Positions 54,676-62,932 are shown, counted from the stretch's first letter. The stretch: 64,000 nucleotides of DNA from Firmicutes bacterium UBA4795 (GCA_002402825.1 DHGP01000027.1:104307-168306); one strand, 5' to 3'. Numbers and translations are program-made. The notes: a model not told the origin generated them from the letters alone.

Positions 54676-55068
54676 CTAATTTTGAAGAGATAAACCGGTA
54701 ATGCGGCTAAATTCACGGGTATTATTTGTTACTAAAATCAGGTTTTTAGAAAGAGCATGGGCAGCTATTAATAAGTCATAAGCCCCAATAACCTGTCCTC
54801 TTTTCTCAAGTGCGGCACGAATTTCTCCATATGTAACAGCATCACTTGCAGAGAAGGGTAATATTTCCAATGGTGCTAAAAAGCTGGTTAAAGCAATTTT
54901 ATTTCTTTCCCTTTGTTGACTTTTTTCAACCCCATATTCAAGTTCAGCCAGTGTAATTGCAGAAATACATACATCTCCGATATCCAGTCTTTTTAAGGTT
55001 TCAAGGACTTTAACGGGTTTCTTTTTGATTATATAAATACATATGTTTGTATCAAGCATATATCTCAT
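54676..55068 (-). CDS. vapC: PIN-domain toxin VapC
   Basis: 130 aa with MLDTNICIY (Asp1), TLAELEYG, YDLLIAAHA and VTNNTREF acidic-quartet positions. It overlaps vapB. Confidence 0.9.
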   Translation of the reverse strand: MRYMLDTNICIYIIKKKPVKVLETLKRLDIGDVCISAITLAELEYGVEKSQQRERNKIALTSFLAPLEILPFSASDAVTYGEIRAALEKRGQVIGAYDLLIAAHALSKNLILVTNNTREFSRITGLSLQN

Positions 55069-55297
55069 TTAAAAAATCGTCCCGCTTTGGTGCAACCGGT
55101 TGGTTTCTATCAGACAGAAAGTCTTCTGAAAAATATTTTAAACTAGACTCAAGATTTTTCCATGCACTGTCTTTGGGGATTAACAGGACAATATCGTTAA
55201 TTTTTTTTACAAATACTTCAGAATCCTTAAAACGGTATTCCTTTGGTAACCTGACAGCTTGACTCCGGCCATTTTCAAATATTTTGGCAATGTCCAT
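55052..55297 (-). CDS. vapB: AbrB/SpoVT-fold antitoxin VapB
   Basis: 81 aa. The N-terminus AKIFENGRSQAVRLPKEYRF is the swapped-hairpin AbrB-type DNA-binding motif. Confidence 0.88.
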   Translation of the reverse strand: MDIAKIFENGRSQAVRLPKEYRFKDSEVFVKKINDIVLLIPKDSAWKNLESSLKYFSEDFLSDRNQPVAPKRDDFLNEIYA

Positions 55298-55320
55298 AAA
55301 AGCCCCCTCCTAAATAAATA

Positions 55321-55346
55321 AGATATATATCCTAGTATATATCTTA
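55321..55346. promoter_or_regulatory. palindromic operator candidate in the vapBC promoter
   Basis: AAGATATATA-TCCTAG-TATATATCTT (10-nt perfect arms), 24 nt upstream of vapB. It overlaps a minus-strand TTGACA-17-TATACT promoter. Confidence 0.55.
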
Positions 55347-55409
55347 GTGGAAAGAATGTCAAATAAATTAAAAATGGATACTGTCAAGAATTTTTGAGTA
55401 TTATTTTTC

Positions 55410-56466
55410 TTATTCGAGGACGAAGACGGTCTCATAGCCCCGAAGCGAGATCTTGCAGTAGCAGATGATCTCCTTTTCCTTGTCCTGGGGCAGCTCGTAG
55501 AGCCGCTTGCGGAAGGCGCCGAGGGGCATGAACGTTTCGCCGATCCCGGGGCGCATCTGCTCGAACTCCTCAGGCTGCCTGATATCGATCAGGAAGGGGG
55601 TCTCTCCGCTTGTCACCTTGCGATGAACCTCCGCACAGGAGATTCCCTTCATTCTCTCCTTCATCTTGTTCTGCAGGATGTGCGCCGCGGCGATGCCGTG
55701 GTCGATTGCCAGCGATAAGGGCGGCGCGTAAGGAAGAGCGGCGTTGACGACATCTTCGACCGCCAGGTGTCCCTGGATGGCCATCGCCCACTGGGCGATC
55801 TGCCGGTTCACATTCCCGGGGCCGATGCACTGGGCGCCAAGAACCTTCCCTGTCTTTTTATCCGCGACGAGCTTCGTCACCAGGAGTTTCCCCTCCATGA
55901 AAGCGGGCTTGTCGGGACTGACGTTGATGACGGTGACGACATCGTCGTATCCTAGCCGTTTGGCATTCGATTCGGAGAGGCCGGTCGAACCCGCCGCGTA
56001 ATCGAAGACCTTGCAAATCTCCGTCTGGATCGTTTCGGGAAAGGTCACACAATTTTCGGAGGCGGCGTTTTCCCCCGCCACACATCCCTGGAGGTTCGCC
56101 AAATCGCCGTAGGGGGCCAGGACCTTTCTCCCAGTGATCCAGTTGAGCACCTCCACGCAATCCCCGACGGCGTAGATATCGGGGTCCGTGGTCTGCATGT
56201 ATTCGTTGACTCTGATCCCGCCCGTCTCCCCAATTTCGAGCCCGATCTCCTGCGCCAGCTTCACGTTGGGACGGACGCCGATTGCGACGACCGCCAGCTC
56301 GCAGGAATGTTCCGTATCCGTTCTGGAGCTTGACCCCCGTCAGTTTCCCATTTTCGCCGAGAAACGCGGCGATGCCATTATCGGTGATGACGTTCGCTCC
56401 TTTACTCCTCACACGGTTTTCCACCAACTTTGCGATTTCCCAATCGAGAAAAGTCAGCAACTGCAA
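55410..56466 (-). pseudogene. fragment of a CoA-disulfide reductase/NADH oxidase-rhodanese fusion gene (N-terminally truncated, frameshifted, probably C-terminally clipped), of foreign GC-rich origin
   Basis: ORF 55410-56264 encodes ...DPDIYAVGDC..., the dimerisation domain and a rhodanese CX4R loop (CYCKISLRG). The upstream 49 codons or so (LLTFLDWEIAKLVENRV...GKLTGVKLQNG) are in another frame, with the switch near 56311-56320. The first 200 residues or so are absent. GC is far above the flanks. Confidence 0.8.
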
Positions 56467-56573
56467 TATTTTTAAAGAAATTTTAAAATTTTTTCAGGCC
56501 GTTATATTTTTTGTTTCTTTTTATACTAAATATATTGACATATGTCAAGTATAAGCTATAATAAATTAGAATC
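56465..56573. repeat. 109-nt promoter-region repeat, copy B
   Basis: Copy of 52423-52531. Its left end coincides with the truncation point of the GC-rich pseudogene. Confidence 0.85.
56535..56562 (+). promoter_or_regulatory. promoter S4 with the perfect palindrome TTGACATATGTCAA
   Basis: TTGACA at 56535-56540, the palindrome to 56548 and TATAAT at 56557-56562. It is 39 nt upstream of the ATG at 56601. Confidence 0.65.
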
Positions 56574-56600
56574 GTAAAAAAATAAAGGTTATTATTAAGC

Positions 56601-57095
56601 ATGATTTTAACTTATGTTAGGAACAAGCACGTTTATGCTACAGAGCCAGAAAATAATCTCCTTTTGGCCTATGCCACCAGCGAAGAAACCTTCTTTTCCG
56701 CCAGGGTAGAGGTTACGGTAAAACTCCCTGACTTGGAGTTAGTTGAAATCCTGGGCAAAATAAAAAGAAGCCCTTTTACCCGTTGCCAGGAAGCTGCCTC
56801 AGTACTTCCCCGGGCAATAGGCTTGCGTATTGGTCCAGGCATTATTAAACTGGTGCATAATTTAGTTGGGGGGACAAAAGGCTGTCCGCAACTGGCAAAT
56901 TTAATTTTAGAATGCATTGACGTCGTAATTCTCCACTTTACCACTGAACCATTAAGGGAAATCCTGAAAAAGGAAGGAGAAGAACAAATAATAGCCTATC
57001 AGGAGTTTTTACGACAAAATCCCAGGCTTTTTAATAGCTGCGTAGCCTTTGCCCCAGATAGTCCTTTAACTAAAGGAATTAAAGAAGATTTATAA
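56601..57095 (+). CDS. DUF2889-family protein
   Basis: 164 aa. The pattern ...VEVTVKLPDLELVEILGKIKRSPF..C.....L....GLRIGPG......LVGGTKGCPQLANLILEC fits my recollection of DUF2889. It is a paralog of the next gene. Confidence 0.6.
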   Translation: MILTYVRNKHVYATEPENNLLLAYATSEETFFSARVEVTVKLPDLELVEILGKIKRSPFTRCQEAASVLPRAIGLRIGPGIIKLVHNLVGGTKGCPQLANLILECIDVVILHFTTEPLREILKKEGEEQIIAYQEFLRQNPRLFNSCVAFAPDSPLTKGIKEDL

Positions 57096-57124
57096 GTCAA
57101 ATTTTTTTTGGAGAGGAAAGTCTA

Positions 57125-57580
57125 ATGTTAAAATTCAGCCGCACTAAATGGGTGGGAATAGAGCGTCCGGCAAAGGATGTTTTTCTTGTCCACGGAACAT
57201 TAGAAGACCATATTTACGGTCTGGAGCTTGACTTGACCGTAAAGGCACCTGAACTTATTATCCTTAACCTGGAGGGGAAGATGAGAAGAATAACCACCTC
57301 TGAATGTCCTAAAGCAATTTCCGCTTTAAAAAAGGCGGTAGGTCTTTGTCTTGCCGCTCCTGATTTTTCGCGTCAGGTAAATAAAGTAATCGGGCAAAAG
57401 GGTTGCCGTCACTTTGCTAACTTATTACTGGAATGTACCGATGCTGTTTTCCGTTGCGCCCTTTACGAAAACTGGGAAAATCTGCAAAATGAAGGTCTTT
57501 TTACGGAAGACCATTTCCGAAAAGAAGTTTTGGAAAATCTTTCTTTTTTAAAGGAAAGCTGTTTTGCTTTAGCTGATTAA
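57125..57580 (+). CDS. DUF2889-family protein (tandem paralog)
   Basis: 151 aa with LDLTVKAPELIILNLEGKMRRITTSECPKA...GQKGCRHFANLLLEC, the same Cys/His spacing as the preceding gene. Confidence 0.6.
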   Translation: MLKFSRTKWVGIERPAKDVFLVHGTLEDHIYGLELDLTVKAPELIILNLEGKMRRITTSECPKAISALKKAVGLCLAAPDFSRQVNKVIGQKGCRHFANLLLECTDAVFRCALYENWENLQNEGLFTEDHFRKEVLENLSFLKESCFALAD

Positions 57581-57592
57581 GGAGAAAAAGCT

Positions 57593-58237
57593 ATGATTAT
57601 TGACCTGCATGTGCATACCAAGGTTTATTCTTCCTGCAGTATTATAGGCCCAGCAGAGGCCATTAAGGAAGCAAAAAAAATTGGCCTGGAAGGTTTGTGC
57701 TTTACCGAACACAACAAAAGGTGGAATAATGACGCCTTACAAAAATTAAGCCAAAAAGAGAACTTTCCCCTTTTTTGCGGGGTAGAGGTGGAAACCAGGG
57801 AAGGGCACCTGCTGGTTTTAGGGGTAAATAAAGACTTTGAGGGTATAACTCCCTTAGATGAATTACTTGACTTAGTAAAAAAAGAAAACGGGGTAATTAT
57901 TATCGCTCACCCTTTCCGGGGCTTTCTTCTTTTTGGCTTTGCCGATTTAAACTTGCAAGTGGAAAGGGCCTCCCAAAGACAAATATACCAGCGGGTGGAG
58001 GCTATGGAAATTTTAAGTGGTAAGGCCACGAAAAAAGAAAATGATTTAGCCCGAAAAGTAAGTAAAAAGCTAAAGTTAAAAGGGGTAGGGGGAAGTGATG
58101 CCCATGCTCCAGGTGAAATCGGGCGCTGCGTTACTATTTTTAAAAAACCGGCAATTAAGAACGAAGCCGAATTAATAACCGAAATAAAAAAAGGGGAATA
58201 TGAGGCGGTTTACTGGCTGGAAAAAAATCTTAAATAA
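57593..58237 (+). CDS. PHP-domain metal-dependent phosphoesterase
   Basis: 214 aa with the IIDLHVHT, FTEHN, IAHP and GGSDAH metal-ligand boxes of the PHP fold. Confidence 0.8.
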   Translation: MIIDLHVHTKVYSSCSIIGPAEAIKEAKKIGLEGLCFTEHNKRWNNDALQKLSQKENFPLFCGVEVETREGHLLVLGVNKDFEGITPLDELLDLVKKENGVIIIAHPFRGFLLFGFADLNLQVERASQRQIYQRVEAMEILSGKATKKENDLARKVSKKLKLKGVGGSDAHAPGEIGRCVTIFKKPAIKNEAELITEIKKGEYEAVYWLEKNLK

Positions 58238-58249
58238 AAGGGTAAATTT

Positions 58250-59071
58250 ATGGAGAAAAAATGGACAAAACTAACCCGAAAACTGGAAGCGCTTTTAAGG
58301 TTAAAAACCTTTCCCGTGGCGATAAAGCTGCTGGAAGACGAAAACGAAATGGCCAAAAATAAGTGGTTGCGCCGGCCGGAAAATAAGGTCACCCTTTGTC
58401 AGTTAATTACCCTGGTCCGTACCTTTGATTGGACGGTGGGTGCCACAGCCGCAGATTTAGCTTTTCCCATGTGCGCCAGCATTGTTGGTCTGGCTGAGCT
58501 GCCGGTTGAAATTAAAGATGGTACTTTTCGCCATCTTGTCTGGTGCAAAACAAAGGAAGAGGGCAGGAAATATGAAGAAGCAATTCCCCGCATTCCCCCA
58601 GGTAAATATCAAGCCATTATGATGGCCCCCTTAGTTTATCACCCTTTTGAACCTGACCTAGGATTAATTTACGCTAACCCGGCCCAAATGATCCTGCTGA
58701 TTAACGCCCTCCAGTTTGAAAATTACGAAAGGTTTCAGTTTTTTTGCGTGGGGGAAAGCTCTTGTGCCGATGCCATTGCCCAGGGCTATCTGTCCCAAAA
58801 ACCATCCCTTACCATTCCTTGCTACGGGGAAAGAAGATACGGTTATGCTCAAGATGATGAATTGGTAATGGCCCTTCCTCCTTCTTACCTGGAAAAAGCA
58901 GGGCAAAATTTAGAAGAACTTTACGCCCGAGGTATTCAATACCCTATTTCGTACGCTGGTGCCCAAATTGACCCTCTTCCCGCCATGCCCTTGAGTTACC
59001 AAAAAATATTTAAGGGTGAAAGTGTGGCTGATTTAACCATCCCCCGCCGCAAGATTACCCGCTGGGAATAA
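58250..59071 (+). CDS. DUF169-family protein
   Basis: 273 aa. The N-terminal LKTFPVAIKLLE box and the conserved Cys residues (CASIVG, CVGESSC, PCYGER) are consistent with DUF169 (COG2043) as I recall it. Confidence 0.6.
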   Translation: MEKKWTKLTRKLEALLRLKTFPVAIKLLEDENEMAKNKWLRRPENKVTLCQLITLVRTFDWTVGATAADLAFPMCASIVGLAELPVEIKDGTFRHLVWCKTKEEGRKYEEAIPRIPPGKYQAIMMAPLVYHPFEPDLGLIYANPAQMILLINALQFENYERFQFFCVGESSCADAIAQGYLSQKPSLTIPCYGERRYGYAQDDELVMALPPSYLEKAGQNLEELYARGIQYPISYAGAQIDPLPAMPLSYQKIFKGESVADLTIPRRKITRWE

Positions 59072-59090
59072 AATTAAGATAAAACTTGCA

Positions 59091-59855
59091 TTATCCTGGT
59101 CGGCGACGAATTGTTTCCGCTAAATTTAAAGGAGTAACTATTGGTTTAGTTGCCTCATATACCGTAGTTACTTTTTTCAGGGCAAGAAACTCCCTTTGAA
59201 TGGCGGCAATTTCCTCCTGACTTAGAGGTTTTACGGGGCAGGGACGTAAAGGCGTATTTATCTGCACTTCATCCGGAGCAATTTCTTTGGCCAATTGAGC
59301 CATTTCCCTGGCGTAGTCCTTGTTTGCCTGGACAAACATCATTTGCAAGGCTAGTTTTTCTTTATACCGCGCCCTAAATTGCCAAAGACCTTCTTTTATA
59401 TCGTTTAAAGATAATTCTGCCGCCGGTTGGTTAACTGTTTGAAAGACTTCTTCCCGGGAAGCATCTAATTTTGCTATTACTACATCAGCTTTAAGTAAGC
59501 TAAGGAGTACATCTTTATCCTTTAATAAGGCAGCATTGGTAAGTACAGCCACCGGAAGAGACAATATTTTTTTAACTAGCTCGATTGCTCCCTCTAAATT
59601 ACAGGCCAAAGTTGGTTCGCCCATACCAGAAAAAGTAGCATAATCTGCCCTAACTTTATCTTTTATTGTTTCTAGTTCAGCCTGCAATGGCGGTAAATCT
59701 ATACATTTTTCCCGCCTTATCTGTTTGTTAACCGTCCTTCCCAACTGACAGTACATACAGTCAAAAGGGCAGGTCTTTTCTCTAACCGATAAAAGGTCAA
59801 TGCCTAAAGACCTCCCCAATCGCCAGGAAGGAACCGGTCCGTAAACATAAACCAA
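59091..59855 (-). CDS. radical SAM protein (small, COG0731-like)
   Basis: 254 aa with the N-terminus VYGPVPSWRLGRSLGIDL and the CxxxCxxC cluster CPFDCMYCQLG. No SPASM-type C-terminal Cys cluster. Confidence 0.8.
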   Translation of the reverse strand: MVYVYGPVPSWRLGRSLGIDLLSVREKTCPFDCMYCQLGRTVNKQIRREKCIDLPPLQAELETIKDKVRADYATFSGMGEPTLACNLEGAIELVKKILSLPVAVLTNAALLKDKDVLLSLLKADVVIAKLDASREEVFQTVNQPAAELSLNDIKEGLWQFRARYKEKLALQMMFVQANKDYAREMAQLAKEIAPDEVQINTPLRPCPVKPLSQEEIAAIQREFLALKKVTTVYEATKPIVTPLNLAETIRRRPG

Positions 59856-59872
59856 AAAATCCCCTCCCTAAA

Positions 59873-60115
59873 TTACTTTCGGTGGCAGGTGTCGTTTGTA
59901 GAGCACGGCGGGGACGCACATCTTTCTTCTCTCCCGCAGCAAGTTGTACCTGGATTTTTATTAGAAGAACTTTTTATTATATAAGGAACAGATAAAAGAC
60001 GCTTAAAGTTTATACTTCCACAGCTAGGACAACTTGCCGGATAGGTTGTTGAATCGGGTAAGAGTGCTTCCCAAACATAAGCGCAATTTTCACATTTAAA
60101 ATCAAACATAGGCAT
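59873..60115 (-). CDS. FmdB-family zinc-ribbon protein (CxxC_CxxC_SSSS type) with a Cys-rich tail
   Basis: 80 aa. MPMFDFKCENCAYVWE...CPSCGS is the Zn ribbon. The tail is GTTCCGREERCASPPCSTNDTCHRK. Confidence 0.75.
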   Translation of the reverse strand: MPMFDFKCENCAYVWEALLPDSTTYPASCPSCGSINFKRLLSVPYIIKSSSNKNPGTTCCGREERCASPPCSTNDTCHRK

Positions 60116-60158
60116 AAGTGTTTCCTCCTTTCCTTTGCTTTATAAACTTATATAAATT

Positions 60159-60187
60159 ATTATTTCAAAGTATCGTGCATATGTCAA
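60159..60187 (-). promoter_or_regulatory. promoter S5 of the Zn-ribbon/radical-SAM operon with the half operator TTGACATATGCACG
   Basis: The minus strand reads TTGACA (60187-60182), a 17-nt spacer and AATAAT (60164-60159), about 45 nt upstream of the ATG at 60115. Confidence 0.5.
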
Positions 60188-60200
60188 TAACTATTATAGC

Positions 60201-62268
60201 TTACCCAAGACCTAAAAGCCGGCCTCCCTGAAAGACCAGCACCGCCATCACCAAGCCCAAAACCAAACTGTAAGCAATAGCAAAGACAGTCTAGCCCCAG
60301 GAATTGGTCTCCCGCCGGATGGCTCCAATGGCGGCCACACAGGGAACATAAATAAGGGTCATCACCATAAAAGCATAGGCCGAAAGAGGGGTCCAGTGCT
60401 GAGCAATGACCTGGCTTAAGCCGGCTTCATCCATCCCGTAAAGCACCCCTAAGGTGCCAACCACTACCTCTTTGGCTAGAATGCCAAAAATCAAGGCGGC
60501 CGCCGCTTCCCAATTCCCAAAACCAGCCGGGGCAAAAAGTGGGGCCAGAACACTGCCAATTTTTCCGATGATACTTTCCTGACTGGCGCATTCAACCCCT
60601 GGCGGTAAGTTAGAAAACAGCCAGACTAAAATTACTACCCCAAAAATTATTGTCCCGGCTTTACGAATAAAAGAACTTCCCCGCTGCCACATATGAATAA
60701 ATATGCTTTTTAAGGTGGGTAAGCGGTAAGGGGGTAATTCCATGACAAAGGGGGAAATCCCACCCTTAAAAATGAAGGTTTTAAAGAGCTTGCCGATTAT
60801 AATGGCCAGTACTATCCCCAAAAGATATAACGATAAAATCACCCAACCCTGATTAGCCGTAAAAAAAGCTCCGGCAAAAAGAACGTAAACCGGCAAGCGG
60901 GCGGCACAGGACATTAAGGGGTTGATTAAGATGGTAATCAGCCTATCTTGTTTATTCTCCAGAGTGCGGGTAGCCATAATGGCCGGCACGTTGCAGCCAA
61001 AGCCAATTAAAAGGGGCAAAAAAGATTTGCCGTGCAGGCCCAGTAAATGCATGAACCGGTCCATGATATAAGCCGTACGGGCCATATAGCCGCTATCTTC
61101 CAAAAGGGAAATGGCAAAAAAGAGCAAAAAGATAGGGGGGATAAATACTAATACTGAACCTACCCCGCCAATTATCCCGTCAACAATAAGGGAAATAAGC
61201 ATCTTAGAAGCCCCCAATACATTAAGCCAGACCGTAACCAATCCACTTAAACCTTCAAAGGCAGTTTCTAGCCAACCAATCAGGGGGTCTCCCAGCTTAA
61301 AGGTAAACTGAAATACAGCCCACATGGCCAGGAGAAGAAGAGGCAGGCCAAGGTATCTGTTAGTTACCACTCGATCAATTTTATCAGATACGGTAAGCCT
61401 TTCTTCCAGCGTAGGGCGCCTGCTCACCACTTCCTTTTCCAGGCCGTTAATAAAGCCATACCGGCGTTCAGCAATTATGGTTTCTAATTCTTCGCCTAAA
61501 ACATTTATTAAATGATGAATGCTTTTACCGGTTTGAACAAGTACCCGGTCAGCCTGGCATTTTTGCATTTCATCACGAAGCCGCTCATCTCCCTCCAAGA
61601 GCTTAACCGCCAGCCACCTGCTGGAATAGTTTGCATTAAGGTTAGGATTTAATTTAATTAACTCCTCCAGCTTTAATAACTCCTCTTCAATTTCCTGGCC
61701 ATAATTAACCACTAAAGGTTTTGGCGGCAATTCTTTAGCCCTGCTTACGGTGGCAGCAATAAGCTCCTTAACTCCCGCGTTGCGGGTAGCTACCGTTGGG
61801 ACCACCGGAACACCTAAAAGTTCTGCCAGCCTGGATTTATTTATCTCAATTTTTTGCGCTTTAGCTTCGTCCACCATATTTAAAGCAACGACTATATTAG
61901 CTCCCATTTCCAGTAACTGAACAGTTAAATAAAGGTTGCGCTCTAAGTTGGCCGCGTCAAGAACATTAATAATCACGCTTGGCTGCTCAAAAAGGATAAA
62001 ATTGCGGGCAATAAGCTCATCCTCGGTATAGCCACCGAGACTATAGGTTCCTGGAAGGTCTACAATTTTTAAAAATTCCCCCTGGTAGGTAAGCTTACCT
62101 TCCTTTTTTTCCACCGTTACCCCGGGCCAGTTGCCTACCTGTTGGTGGGAACCGGTAAGGTCATTAAAAATGCTGGTTTTGCCAGAATTAGGGTTTCCAG
62201 CTAAAGCAATAATCTTCCCCCCCTTTTGCCTTTACCGCTGTTTCCGTTGTCTTTGTTCCTGTTTCCAT
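60201..62268 (-). pseudogene. feoB: ferrous iron transporter FeoB carrying two lesions (5' frameshift in a G7 run, 3' in-frame TAG)
   Basis: The ATG at 62268 follows GAAGGGGAAG and reads [17 protein letters not shown]. After the G7 run (62217-62223) the G-domain [22 protein letters not shown] continues in the -1 frame. The TAG at 60291-60293 is followed in frame by the conserved FeoB end TVFAIAYSLVLGLVMAVLVFQGGRLLGLG*. Confidence 0.8.
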
Positions 62269-62303
62269 TACTTCCCCTTCTGAAAATGATTGTTTAAAAG
62301 TAT

Positions 62304-62319
62304 GTTAGGCTTGCCTAAC
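62304..62319. promoter_or_regulatory. DtxR/IdeR-type iron box upstream of feoB
   Basis: GTTAGGCTTGCCTAAC is a perfect 7-2-7 palindrome with the TTAGG...CCTAA core, 36 nt upstream of the feoB ATG. Confidence 0.6.
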
Positions 62320-62386
62320 TTTAAGGTAAATAATAAATATTTGCCTTTAAAAGCAAATATATAATTAAGTTAAGGTAAAAATCCTT

Positions 62387-62905
62387 TTAATTTTCTTTTA
62401 CCCACTCCACATTAGTAATACGCACTACTTTACCTTTAGCGCCTGGTTGCAGCTCACTCAAAGTCCGGGTATTAACCGCTTCCATTTTCAATCCCTCCCT
62501 TTTTTCTTTTTTATCTTTTAAAGGAGCGGTTTGTTCAAGGTATTCCGTCAGTCTGAGCAGGGTAACCGGACTGACTACATGTTCAATTAAACAGGCGTCT
62601 TTTTCAGCCGTTTTTGGGTCCACGTTAAGAATATCCGTTAAAAATCGAGCTAACATCCGGTGCCGGTGTCGGACTTTAACGGCTTGCTCTTTGCCCTCCG
62701 TTGTTAGCTCAACCGGGCCGTATTTCTCCTGCTTTACCAGTTTAAGCTCGGCTAAGGTCTTGACGGCTTCGTTTACGCTAGCCTTGGCAATACCCAGCGT
62801 GGCGGCAATATCAGTAATTCTTACCTTATCTTGTTTTTCCGTCAAATTCAAAATAACTTCCAGGTAATCCTGCCGGGCAGCAGAAAGGTTTAATGTACCG
62901 GTCAT
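62387..62905 (-). CDS. DtxR/MntR-family metal-dependent transcriptional repressor
   Basis: 172 aa with an N-terminal winged HTH (RQDYLEVIL...VRITDIAATLGIAKASVNEAV), a dimerisation/metal domain (RHRHRMLARFL...EH) and a short, apparently incomplete SH3/FeoA-like tail (LQPGAKGKVVRI). Confidence 0.82.
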   Translation of the reverse strand: MTGTLNLSAARQDYLEVILNLTEKQDKVRITDIAATLGIAKASVNEAVKTLAELKLVKQEKYGPVELTTEGKEQAVKVRHRHRMLARFLTDILNVDPKTAEKDACLIEHVVSPVTLLRLTEYLEQTAPLKDKKEKREGLKMEAVNTRTLSELQPGAKGKVVRITNVEWVKEN

Positions 62906-62932
62906 ATTACCGCCCTTCTTAGGTCGGATAGT

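Noticed and set aside
55570-56475. Several overlapping ORFs in the GC-rich segment (55570-55830, 55744-56001, 55767-55955, 56045-56233, 56188-56475, and most of 55858-56466).
   Set aside because: Their Arg/Gly/Pro-rich translations are typical off-frame shadows of GC-rich coding DNA. Only the first 49 codons or so of 55858-56466 are genuine, as the upstream frame of the frameshifted CoADR-like pseudogene.
60291-60293. In-frame TAG in feoB as a possible pyrrolysine codon.
   Set aside because: The position corresponds to a conserved Trp in FeoB C-termini, and TGG to TAG is a single transition. The gene also carries an independent frameshift. No pyl genes or methylamine methyltransferases are visible. 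A nonsense mutation or a sequencing error is more parsimonious.
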